From Candidatus Asgardarchaeum abyssi (GTDB taxonomy: Archaea > Asgardarchaeota > Asgardarchaeia > Asgardarchaeales > Asgardarchaeaceae), in assembly GCA_040225955.1 (NCBI GenBank), contig JBECUL010000061.1, forward strand, positions 1 to 11,758: 11,758 nt of DNA, in the 5' to 3' direction. Below are positions 1 through 8,381 of the stretch, one piece after another. Both the position numbers and the translations under genes were made by a program. How positions within the stretch are numbered: the stretch's first letter is position 1; the number at the start of each line of letters is the position of its first letter. The notes beneath the pieces are model-generated. The model worked only from the letters and a program-made list of their open reading frames with translations. It was not told the DNA's origin and did not search any database.

Positions 1-1453
1 TTGTTTTTTTTTTTTTTTCTTCCTTCAGCATTTCCCAATATTTATGAGCATAGATGCAGCCGGGATCAGGAGCTCTTATATTTCTGAAGTAATTGTAAGC
101 TCTAGCTCTACAGCCACCGCATACATATCTATATTTACAGTCACCACACGGACTATACAGCTTATCTTTATCTCTGAGTGCCCAAAGCAATGGAGAGTGC
201 CGCCATAGTAACTCAAAATCATCTTTCAAGATATTACCTACTTTAACTTCTGGATCGTGTGGAAAGAAAACACAAGGATATATATCTCCATTTGGTTCAA
301 TTGATACATAGAATCGGCCAGCTCCACAGCCACCTATGAATTCGGCTAGTCTTTGTAGTTTGCCGGGGAGTTTTGAATTGTAAAAGTGTGTTGGAACTAG
401 GGTAGCGCCATTTTCTTTAATATTCATTTGTAGAGCCACTCTAGCATATTGCGGCGCTGTAGATAGCAATTCAACTTTATACTTACTTCTTAGTTTTAAG
501 AGTGTTTTCAATAGAGATTCCCTTTCTTCAGGAGACAGATCCCAATCAATGATTTCACGCCCACGTCCGATTGGGACAAAATTATATGCCATAAACCAGT
601 TAGCACCTAACTCATCTGCAAGTTCTATTATTTCAGGAATTTCATGTAAATTAAATTTAGTAACTGTTGTAGCTATTTCAACAAACAGTCCAGCATCAAC
701 AGCATTTTTTATTCCTTGAATCGTTTTCTCGAAAGCACCAGGAATCCCTCTAAATGTATCATGTGTCCTAGCAGTGGCTCCATCGAGGCTTATTTGAACG
801 TATTCTAAGCCTGCTTGTTTTAACCTTTTTACTCTTTCTTTAGTAAGTGTTGTACCGTTGGTTGCCATGGCTACATAAAAACCAAGCGATTTTGCGTAGC
901 TTATTAAAGTTTCAATATCAGGTCTTATAGATGGTTCCCCACCAGAGAATGCAAGTATAACTACTCCAGCATCTGCTAGCTTTTTGATTACACGAAGTGC
1001 ATCAGATGTTCCGATCTCATCAGATGCCCGTGAACCAGCACTTTCATAACAATGCTTACATCTAAGATTACAAGCTTTCGTAACATTCCAAACAATTTGA
1101 AATGGTGCGCCTGGAACAAAAGGTTTTCTGACACCAAACAAAGCTATACCTTTTATCACCGCAATTAAAGCTCTCCTGTAGTAAGGTATGGTAAGCAACT
1201 CTTTTAGTTTATCGCTACTCACACCAAACCAATTTTCAGCAAAATTAAGAATGAGAGAAACAGCTTTATAATAAAGAGAACACTTTGCACATGCCGTTTT
1301 TCTTATGCCTGCATACATCTCTAAAGCTACTTCTAATGTCAACCGCTTATCTTTATCGCACTTTCTAAGACCCTTTGTCAAAATAGTTCTGATAAATTTA
1401 CTATTCATTATTCTTTCAAAGAGGTAGCTGACGGTGGTAACATTGCTTGACAT
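1..1453 (-). CDS. Radical SAM protein with C-terminal SPASM domain and a ~125-aa N-terminal extension; 3' end truncated by the window edge
   Basis: Manual translation from ATG 1453 (SD GGGGTGA upstream): MSSNVTTV...CAKC...[31 protein letters not shown] (CxxxCxxC at ~1072-1049), [54 protein letters not shown], PDPGC. These motifs are in one frame and no stop is reached before position 1, which would explain its absence from the ORF track. Confidence 0.95.
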   Translation of the reverse strand, partial: [484 protein letters not shown]

Positions 1454-1474
1454 GTAATCACCCCAACTAGGGAC

Positions 1475-1528
1475 TTTTTATTTTAGAATTTCAAATATTT
1501 CAAATATAAATATTTTGAAAAATAAAAA
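1475..1528. promoter_or_regulatory. Divergent promoter region with palindromic and direct repeats; candidate PadR operator
   Basis: TTTTTATTTT 1475-1484 / AAAATAAAAA 1519-1528 inverted pair; TTTCAAATAT twice (1489-1498, 1498-1507) with near-inverted ATATTTTGAAA 1510-1520; lies between the divergent radical SAM and PadR genes. Confidence 0.4.
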
Positions 1529-1595
1529 TGTTTAAAAGGAAAAATGTGAAAAAATATATAGAAGATCAGAATCAAATAATAAGTTAGGTGATAGT

Positions 1596-1898
1596 GTGAC
1601 CATTGATATAGTAATAGAGCAGATACTTCGAAATTTGCTGGAAATAGCTATACTGAGGATTTTACATGAGGAAGCACTACACGGATACGCGATAGTTCAA
1701 AAATTAAAACTTCTTTTGAATAGAGATTTTACCCCAAATGTTGTTTATCCTATTTTATACAAACTTGAAAATAATAAGTTAATAAAATCCCAAGTGGTTC
1801 AACGTGGAAAGAGGCAAATAATAAGAGTCTATTCGATAACTGAAAGAGGCAGAGAAATTTTTCAAAGAGTCTCTGAAATTGCAAAAAGAGTAATTTAA
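1596..1898 (+). CDS. PadR-family transcriptional regulator
   Basis: 100 aa; IAILRILHEEALHGYAI...VVYPILYKLENNKLI...RVYSITERGR matches the PadR wHTH pattern; SD AGGTGA before the GTG start. Confidence 0.92.
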   Translation: MTIDIVIEQILRNLLEIAILRILHEEALHGYAIVQKLKLLLNRDFTPNVVYPILYKLENNKLIKSQVVQRGKRQIIRVYSITERGREIFQRVSEIAKRVI

Positions 1899-1905
1899 GG
1901 TCTGA

Positions 1906-2622
1906 CTATAATTTGACTTTCATGGTATCACCTGATTTTTCGTATATGAAAACATTAGTAGCTAACTTTTTAAGGAAATCACTGTAGGTTTTAAGTATTT
2001 TTACATTTCCGCTCAAGTGCATCGGTATTAAAAATCTCGGTTTAAGCATTCCACATAATACGTCAATTCCACCATGCCTTTCGCATTCAACACATAAATT
2101 AGCAAAGAGAATATCGACATGCACTTCATTTCGCTTCAGCTTATTGACAACGGTTTCAAATGAATTTTTTATCACTTTATTAAATTCTTCAGGCAAAGAC
2201 GCTCTTCTCCAGTCAGTATTATCACCTGAGAAATAGATTTTGACTTTCTTCACCTCAATTAAATATGAAACACCAAGATCGCTACTTCCATAAACTCTTA
2301 TGTGAACATTACCAATATTAGTAGTATCACCTTCCTTAACTACTTTACACAAATCTGCACACTCTCCACACAATTTTAGAACATCCTCTGAAACTATACA
2401 CTTGAAATCTTTCACATAGTTACTTAAAGAAAAAGCATCCTTGGAGAAATGATCTCTATGAGAATGAGTTATTAGTACTATTAAGTTCTTATTCTTTATC
2501 TTATTAATTACTATTTGCTTTTGTTTTTCGCTTAAAATTTCAGAATAATCGAACAAAATTACTCTATCATTAAGGGATATTATAAAACAATCATGGTATA
2601 TGTACGTTATATTTAAATTCAT
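1906..2622 (-). CDS. Metallo-beta-lactamase-fold hydrolase (UlaG/Lactamase_B_3-like)
   Basis: THSHRDH (HxHxDH), YFSGD and IPMH motifs; N-terminal YIYHDCFII...ILFD. Confidence 0.9.
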   Translation of the reverse strand: MNLNITYIYHDCFIISLNDRVILFDYSEILSEKQKQIVINKIKNKNLIVLITHSHRDHFSKDAFSLSNYVKDFKCIVSEDVLKLCGECADLCKVVKEGDTTNIGNVHIRVYGSSDLGVSYLIEVKKVKIYFSGDNTDWRRASLPEEFNKVIKNSFETVVNKLKRNEVHVDILFANLCVECERHGGIDVLCGMLKPRFLIPMHLSGNVKILKTYSDFLKKLATNVFIYEKSGDTMKVKL

Positions 2623-2755
2623 ATCGCATCACACATTATGCAACATTACTGCTAACTACTTAAAGTTAAAGCATTTTTATAATTCACGTAATAGCATTTT
2701 AAATTCGTTTCAGTTAATTTTTTTACTCTTGTTTCTCTATATCTATTGATGAAAG

Positions 2756-3547
2756 ATGTCTGGTGTCAAGGAAAGGATTAAAGATGTTCTTATGAAGAAA
2801 ATAGCGTTTCTAATACCTATTTTTCAATTTATACCAGCAATAGGGCCATGGTGCGGGATAATGAGCATCCCGGTGATCGCTTATTTTCTTATGTTAATCT
2901 CTATCTATTCTGATTATCCTGATATTTTAGCTCTCGAAATCTCCTACTTACTCAACCCTAGAACATTTATTTTTGAAAAAATTGTTGTACTTGTGGGGTT
3001 TGCTTTATTTGTGTACTCTGCAATCTACTTGCACAAACATAAAAACGGACTTACTACTACAGGTCCTTATAGTTATGTTAGACACCCTCAATATTTAGGT
3101 CTCATAATTATGACCCTTGGCTTTACTCTAATGTCTCTCAATACACCTCTAATTAGCATTGTCATTAGTGTATGGCTTATAGAGATATTAGCATATATCA
3201 TTTTGGGGTTCAGTGAATGTCCGCATTGGTGAGCGAACATCCACCTTGGGCCTCATCAGCCTCAGCTCCCTCTGGGTTCATGGGGAGCAAGTCATTGGTC
3301 TTGACCCCGTTCAGGGTAACCCCGCAAGCCCCACATCACAGCGTCCTTTCACACCGTAATGTCCTTTCGGTGCTTTACTCCCACCACATTCGGACACTGC
3401 CTCAATACTCACAAATGCTCACAAAATATTTAACTGTTTCGGAAGGCAAAAATCGAGGAATATCATCTGAGAAGCAAATTCGGAGATAAATATATACAGT
3501 ATATGAACTCTGTTCCATTTATGATCCCATTTCTAAGAAGAAAATAA
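2756..3547 (+). pseudogene. Isoprenylcysteine carboxyl methyltransferase / PEMT-like membrane protein interrupted by a 240-bp insertion
   Basis: LTTTGPYSYVRHPQYLG motif. The frame resumes at 3446 as AKIEEYHLRSKFGDKYIQYMNSVPFMIPFLRRK* (TAA 3545-3547), the typical EExxLxxxFGxxYxxYxxxVP tail. Removing 3206-3445 gives an intact 183-aa ORF (...AYIIL|AKIEE...). Confidence 0.92.
3206..3445 (-). mobile_element. Non-autonomous 240-bp insertion, probably an IS607 (TnpB-associated) derivative carrying an omega-RNA-like right end
   Basis: Boundaries are fixed by restoring the host ORF; GG at both junctions (3205-3206, 3445-3446); no terminal inverted repeats; subterminal CTCACAAA repeats (3408-3415, 3418-3425); TATA TTAAATAT on - (3433-3426); GC-rich hairpins; short minus-strand remnant MWGLRGYPERG resembling archaeal TnpB C-termini. 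Confidence 0.8.
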
Positions 3548-3617
3548 AGAGGAGGCATTAATTATGTACTCATTATTTCAAAAATATTAATGTCATTAGT
3601 ATGTGTCAAAGTTTTGC

Positions 3618-3740
3618 TGCTCCCCCATGAACCCGGAGGGGAGTTAAGGCTGATGCGACCCAAGTCCGTTGTGAAAGTAAGCATGAATGGAGGAACTTTT
3701 ACTCACTTTCCTCCATGGAAACTCACAACGGACAGACCCC
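3618..3740 (+). mobile_element. Second, truncated right end / omega-RNA-like remnant of a related element in the opposite orientation
   Basis: TGCTCCCCCATGAACCCGGAGGGGAGTTAAGGCTGATGCGACCCAAG (3618-3664) closely matches the reverse complement of 3245-3289. It is followed by a long hairpin (GTCCGTTGTGA 3664-3674 / TCACAACGGAC 3723-3733; ATGGAGGAA 3687-3695 / TTCCTCCAT 3708-3716) and ends in ACCCC, like the first element. Confidence 0.75.
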
Positions 3741-3938
3741 TTGGATGTAAAGCAAATGACTGCTGAGAGGATTGTCCAGTTCGGAAATGCGCTGAAGAGA
3801 AAGGTGTGAAAATTTGCTATGAGTGCAATGATTTCCCCTGAAAAATATTAAGGAGCAATTTGCAAGAAACGTTAATGTCCTTAAGAAATGAAGAAGTCAG
3901 GAATTGAAAAGTGGTTGAAACTTCAATTGAGAAAATGA
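3740..3938 (+). pseudogene. Decayed DUF3795-like Cys-rich protein, C-terminal part
   Basis: LGCKANDC*EDCPVRKCAEEKGVKICYECNDFP, then after apparent 1-bp frameshifts KNIKEQFARNVNVLK and MKKSGIEKWLKLQLRK*. This fits the CxGC...CxxxxCxxxKGxxxCxECxxFPC pattern. A possible N-terminal scrap (NVISMC) lies at ~3589-3606. Confidence 0.7.
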
Positions 3939-4135
3939 GTGATTATGAGATTCATTTTTGATCATTTTTTCTTAAAGAATGACAGGTATAATTTCTTACT
4001 TCATTTATAGGAAAAAGAAAAACAAACTTTCAGCACGCAGAATATGTAATGTTTTTAGTAACTCTTATATTTGAGTAGTTCTCAATCATGTAATACTAAT
4101 ATACTTACATTTTTGTATACTCGTCGGTGAAAGAA

Positions 4136-4975
4136 ATGCTCACTAAAGATTTAGGTAGAACTACTAATTTAAAAGAAAACACTTTGGAAACAATTATCAA
4201 GGAAATCGAAAACACGCAGATCATCCTCGTTGCTGGTGGCAAAGGAAAAAGAATGGGAATGCCAGACATACCAAAACCATTAATTAAAATTCATGATAAG
4301 ACCCTCTTGGACTTATCAATAGAGTTTTACAAACAGGCAGGGTTTAAGGACTTCATCTTACTAATTGGGCATTTGCATAAGATGATAGAGAGGCATATAG
4401 AGGAAAAGGGGTATTATGATGTTAACATTAAAGTTTCGGTGGACCCTGAAGAGCAGATGATGAAAGGAATTGTTGGAAAAGGAAAGGCACTTAAGTATGC
4501 AATAAGGTCTAATATTATTAATAAAAATAAGAGAGCCATAATAACATATCCAGATGATGTTTTTCTTGATAGATTTTTACCTATAAATCTGCTTACACGC
4601 CATATTTATGGCGTTGAGAAGATGAAAATATGGGCAACGCTAGTTTTAGTTCCAGGAACTACTTACCCATTTGGTGTTGCACGACTAAACTATGATGGAT
4701 TAATTAACAGTTTTGAAGAAAAGCCATTTATTCAAAAAGACACTTATACAGGAACTTGCATGATCGAGCCAGAGGTTTATAACGTAGTCGACGAGCTTGT
4801 TGATTTGGATGCGGATAAACCAATAGACTTTGAAGGAGTTGTTATTCCAGAGCTAGCAAAAAGGCATAAGCTTTACAGCTATCACATAGCTCCAAATACA
4901 TGGCTCCCAATAAACACTCAGAAGGAGTATGAAGCTGTTCTTAAGCTCTTTGAGAAGGAAAAATGGAATAATTAA
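4136..4975 (+). CDS. Sugar-phosphate nucleotidyltransferase family protein (NTP_transferase)
   Basis: ILVAGGKGKRM...PKPL, YPDD, PFGV...FEEKP and W..INT motifs; ATG 4136 is preferred over GTG 4127 because GGTGA (4126-4130) serves as its SD. Confidence 0.9.
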   Translation: MLTKDLGRTTNLKENTLETIIKEIENTQIILVAGGKGKRMGMPDIPKPLIKIHDKTLLDLSIEFYKQAGFKDFILLIGHLHKMIERHIEEKGYYDVNIKVSVDPEEQMMKGIVGKGKALKYAIRSNIINKNKRAIITYPDDVFLDRFLPINLLTRHIYGVEKMKIWATLVLVPGTTYPFGVARLNYDGLINSFEEKPFIQKDTYTGTCMIEPEVYNVVDELVDLDADKPIDFEGVVIPELAKRHKLYSYHIAPNTWLPINTQKEYEAVLKLFEKEKWNN

Positions 4976-5129
4976 TTTTCCTCCATATCTTAATGTTTAA
5001 TGTGTAAATGTTTTTAAGATTCAATGCGAAATGTTTACTAGCTAATAAGGGTATCTAATACTCTCTCTATAGATGGAATAACATTATATTTTGAGCATTA
5101 TCACTTTCAAATGATGGTGTTGACCAATC

Positions 5130-6413
5130 ATGGAAATATGGGCAATAATAATCCTTAGCGTTTTTATAGCAACGTTATTTGTAATAATTACAGAGAAAAT
5201 TGATAAGGCTATAGCAACAATTTTAGGAGCTATTATCGTATATTTAACTCTCTCTACATTTAAGGGAGCTACTCTAGATGAAATTCTCTCTTTTATTGAC
5301 TGGCCCACTATAATAATAATGTTTAGCGTTATTGTTACAGGTATTCTTGTAAATGAAGCGGGATTATTTCAATGGGTCGCAATAAAGTTAGTTAAATTAA
5401 CAGTGGGGGACCTTGTAAAGATATTTTTCAGTCTCATTATGTTAACAATTATACTAAGCTCGGTTATTACGATATTAGTATCAGCAATTATTATTGCAAG
5501 GCTAACAATCTCTATAACTGAAGCAATTGATGTTGATCCATACCCATTCTTGCTTGCCGAGGCAATAGCTGTTGGGATTGGCGGCGCAACATCTCTAGTT
5601 GCATCTCCTAACACTATTCTAGTTGCTCAATTTGCACACCTTGATTTTACCTTTTTTCTCATCTATACTATGCCTATTAGCATAATTGCTGGCCTTTGCA
5701 CAACATTTATTTTGATAAAAATCTCTGGAAGCTTAGGTGAAGTTTCAGAAGTAAGAAAAAGCGTTCTTATGGAATTTGAAGAGTGGAGTGTTGTTCCAGA
5801 TCTTTTTTTGTTCTACGCCTCTGCTATTATCTTGATTGCCATGATCATTGGGTTTGCGATATTTCCAGCGCCTTATGTTGTTGCCATCACGGTAGCAGCA
5901 GTTTTCTTATTAATTAGGAGGAAATCATTAAGCAACGTTGCTAAGGATGTAGATTGGAGCACTCTCTTTTTCTTCATGGGGATATTTATAATTGTAGGTG
6001 GTGTCGAGAAAACAGGAGTCTTACATGAAATCGGTTATGCTCTTGGGACAATGAGTAAGGGTAATGTTTTTCTGCCTTTAGTTTTAATAATATGGATAAC
6101 AGGAATATCCTCCGGTTTTCTTGACGGTGTTACAATCGTTCTTACTTTTACGCCCATAATTGCAGAGCTAGTAAAGAGTGGGGGCTTTCAAAATTTTTTC
6201 CTAATTTTTATGATTGCTCTGGTACTAAGTACAAATTTTGGAGGCAGCATGACACCCATTGGTACTCCAGCAAGTCTGCTTATAGTCTCACTCGCCAGTG
6301 AAAGGGGCATACATATCTCATTTAAAGAATTCATAAAGGTCGGTGTAATTGTAGTTGCAATAAATCTTACTTTAGCAACATTATACGCGGTAGTTCTTAT
6401 GCTGATTTATTAA
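5130..6413 (+). CDS. ArsB/NhaD-family (ion transporter superfamily) permease
   Basis: 427 aa, highly hydrophobic, two homologous halves: IDWPTI...GGATSLVASPNTIL and VDWSTLFFFMGIF...NFGGSMTPIGTPASL. Confidence 0.88.
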   Translation: MEIWAIIILSVFIATLFVIITEKIDKAIATILGAIIVYLTLSTFKGATLDEILSFIDWPTIIIMFSVIVTGILVNEAGLFQWVAIKLVKLTVGDLVKIFFSLIMLTIILSSVITILVSAIIIARLTISITEAIDVDPYPFLLAEAIAVGIGGATSLVASPNTILVAQFAHLDFTFFLIYTMPISIIAGLCTTFILIKISGSLGEVSEVRKSVLMEFEEWSVVPDLFLFYASAIILIAMIIGFAIFPAPYVVAITVAAVFLLIRRKSLSNVAKDVDWSTLFFFMGIFIIVGGVEKTGVLHEIGYALGTMSKGNVFLPLVLIIWITGISSGFLDGVTIVLTFTPIIAELVKSGGFQNFFLIFMIALVLSTNFGGSMTPIGTPASLLIVSLASERGIHISFKEFIKVGVIVVAINLTLATLYAVVLMLIY

Positions 6414-6443
6414 ATATATAATACTCACCAAGTTCAAGTATAT

Positions 6444-6492
6444 AGTGTTAGGGGGAATAAATATAAAAACTGAGAAAATTCCCCCTAACACT
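6444..6492. repeat. Perfect 15-bp inverted repeat with a 19-nt A-rich loop (hairpin; terminator/stabiliser or small RNA)
   Basis: AGTGTTAGGGGGAAT 6444-6458 / ATTCCCCCTAACACT 6478-6492, 30 nt downstream of the permease stop. Confidence 0.85.
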
Positions 6493-6602
6493 TGTTGCAT
6501 AAATAACAATTATCTATGAACACTAATAATTTAAATTATAGTTTTAGCTTATCTTTATGTGAAATATGTTTTATTGGATTTCAATTGCAATTATGGAGTT
6601 GA

Positions 6603-7814
6603 GTGCGATTTATGGATATTCCGCTGAATGAACTGGATAGTTGGTATGAAGAGAAAATCAAGGATAAAACACAGGATTACGTTAAAGAAGTTAGTAAAGT
6701 CATAGACCATATTGAAAAGGACATTGATTTCCTCCAAGAGCTCTTAGATATTATGATTAACACTGATTTTAAAGCTCCAGAGTTAGCTACATCATCAGCC
6801 CGTAGGTTAGGAGAAAAGATGAAAGAGCTTATCGTTGAATTTCTCGACGCCCCAGAAGATATTAGATATGACACCATAGATGATTATATTGCAAGGATAG
6901 ACAAATTCTCTGAACAAGTTTTTAAATATGGCAAAATATGGGTCCCACAACTGACAAAACATTATAAATCGCATTTAAAGAAAATTGACTTCTTTCTTAA
7001 AGACATTGAGAAAAAGAAAAATGAGCTTAGAGAGATTCAGAGAGAGTATAGATGGGTCAAGGAGTTGCAAATAATTTTTACTAAAGTTAATGAATTGAGA
7101 AAGGATTTATCGAAACTATCTGAGTATAATGAGAGACTCAAAGAATATGAACAACAGCTTGCAAAAGTAGAAACCGAATTAAATGATGTAAATGAAAAAA
7201 TTGATGTTTTAAAGAGTAGGTTAAAGCTTGATGAGTTAAAACAAATTAGTGATGAAATTGAAAAAATGAGGCAGGAAGTAATAAGTATTTTAAATACTTT
7301 CCAAAAGCCATTTAAAAAGATTTTAAGTGCTCCACCATCTATAACTACTAGAATTCCTGGAGAACTTCAACAAGTTCTCATGGAGTACAGCGAAGATCCA
7401 TTTAACGCCCTCATAGAGGAGGATATTGGCCATCCTAAGTTAAACAAACTCTTAAGAAAAATGAAAGACATTCTAAACAATGTAGACATTGGACTAAAGA
7501 GCTCAGATGTAAGAAGAACATTAAAGAAAATAGATAAAATTTTAAAAAGCAATGAGCTCAAGAGGCTGCAGGAAGATTGTAAGCGACTTTTTGAAAGAAA
7601 AAAAGAAATTGAAGGGATTTCAGGAATCTCTGAACTAGAAAAGCTTAGAGAAGAGAAAGAAAAACTTGAGAGGATTAGGAGTAGTATAAAATTCAAAATA
7701 GATAACCTAAAGGTTCAGATAAATGAGAGAGAGAACAAAATAAAGAACAGCAAAGAGAATCTTGAAACTCTAATAAAAGAAAAAATTGGAGAAGAGATAA
7801 ATATAGTTCTCTAA
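6603..7814 (+). CDS. Hypothetical long coiled-coil protein
   Basis: 403 aa, E/K/L/I-rich heptad segments flanking a central globular region; no Walker A motif visible; GGAG upstream of the GTG start. Confidence 0.85.
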   Translation: MRFMDIPLNELDSWYEEKIKDKTQDYVKEVSKVIDHIEKDIDFLQELLDIMINTDFKAPELATSSARRLGEKMKELIVEFLDAPEDIRYDTIDDYIARIDKFSEQVFKYGKIWVPQLTKHYKSHLKKIDFFLKDIEKKKNELREIQREYRWVKELQIIFTKVNELRKDLSKLSEYNERLKEYEQQLAKVETELNDVNEKIDVLKSRLKLDELKQISDEIEKMRQEVISILNTFQKPFKKILSAPPSITTRIPGELQQVLMEYSEDPFNALIEEDIGHPKLNKLLRKMKDILNNVDIGLKSSDVRRTLKKIDKILKSNELKRLQEDCKRLFERKKEIEGISGISELEKLREEKEKLERIRSSIKFKIDNLKVQINERENKIKNSKENLETLIKEKIGEEINIVL

Positions 7815-7829
7815 CCATATGGTGATAAG

Positions 7830-8315
7830 ATGCTAGAGAAGAATAAGAAAGAGCTACAGACAGTAACGCTGAAGCTCCCAGTTGAGATTATTAGGAAAAT
7901 TGATTCGAGTTTAGAAGGCAAGACGCGTAGTGATTTTATCAGAGAAGCCATTCTTGAAAAATTGGAAAAAGAGAAAGATGTCACATTAAGCAAAATCAAT
8001 AAACTCGAAATGGAGATTAAAGATATCAAAAAAAGACTATTTGAGATTGAAAGAACGATTAACATGCGGATCTCTATAAGTGATATAGAAAAAGAGTTAA
8101 TGGTTGTTGCCAAAGACGAAATAGATAGGCTAATTGTAGGTACAATCTTGGATAAGGGATATGTTAAGGTCATGGAACTTGAAAAAATTCTACCAATAAA
8201 GCGGCGCCAGATAGTAAATAGACTAAAAAGAATTGCAGATAAGACTAAACTTGTAAAATATATCCCGCATGAGAAAGACGGTATAACAAAAGCATGGTGG
8301 CTTATAACGCAATAG
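7830..8315 (+). CDS. Ribbon-helix-helix (CopG-like) protein with a coiled-coil linker and a probable C-terminal winged-HTH
   Basis: TVTLKLPVEIIRKID...TRSDFIREAILEKL is an RHH signature; DEIDRLIVGTILDKGYVKVMELEKILPIKRRQIVNRLKRI is HTH-like; SD GGTGA at 7821-7825. Confidence 0.82.
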   Translation: MLEKNKKELQTVTLKLPVEIIRKIDSSLEGKTRSDFIREAILEKLEKEKDVTLSKINKLEMEIKDIKKRLFEIERTINMRISISDIEKELMVVAKDEIDRLIVGTILDKGYVKVMELEKILPIKRRQIVNRLKRIADKTKLVKYIPHEKDGITKAWWLITQ

Positions 8316-8381
8316 TAAGCAGACACAAAAACCTTCTAGTAATCAATAAGTTTTAATATTACAAATGAGAGAATATATAGT

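Noticed and set aside
3206-3445. Insert as an archaeal BHB mRNA intron (length is a multiple of 3; flanks TTTTG/CAAAA can pair)
   Set aside because: No convincing bulge-helix-bulge at the junctions; the structure and promoter are on the antisense strand; a related copy lies nearby in the opposite orientation.
3217-3489. 90-aa ORF in the track
   Set aside because: It is an antisense reading of the inserted element running out of frame into the host gene tail.
3761-3841. Two in-frame TGA codons in the Cys-rich remnant, one at the conserved FPC cysteine (selenoprotein?)
   Set aside because: The downstream homologous sequence continues only after frameshifts, and the gene is also hit by an IS remnant. 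Ordinary decay explains both TGAs.
6603-7814. SMC/Rad50 assignment for the coiled-coil protein
   Set aside because: No Walker A/B, ABC signature or CxxC hook motif, and the protein is too short.
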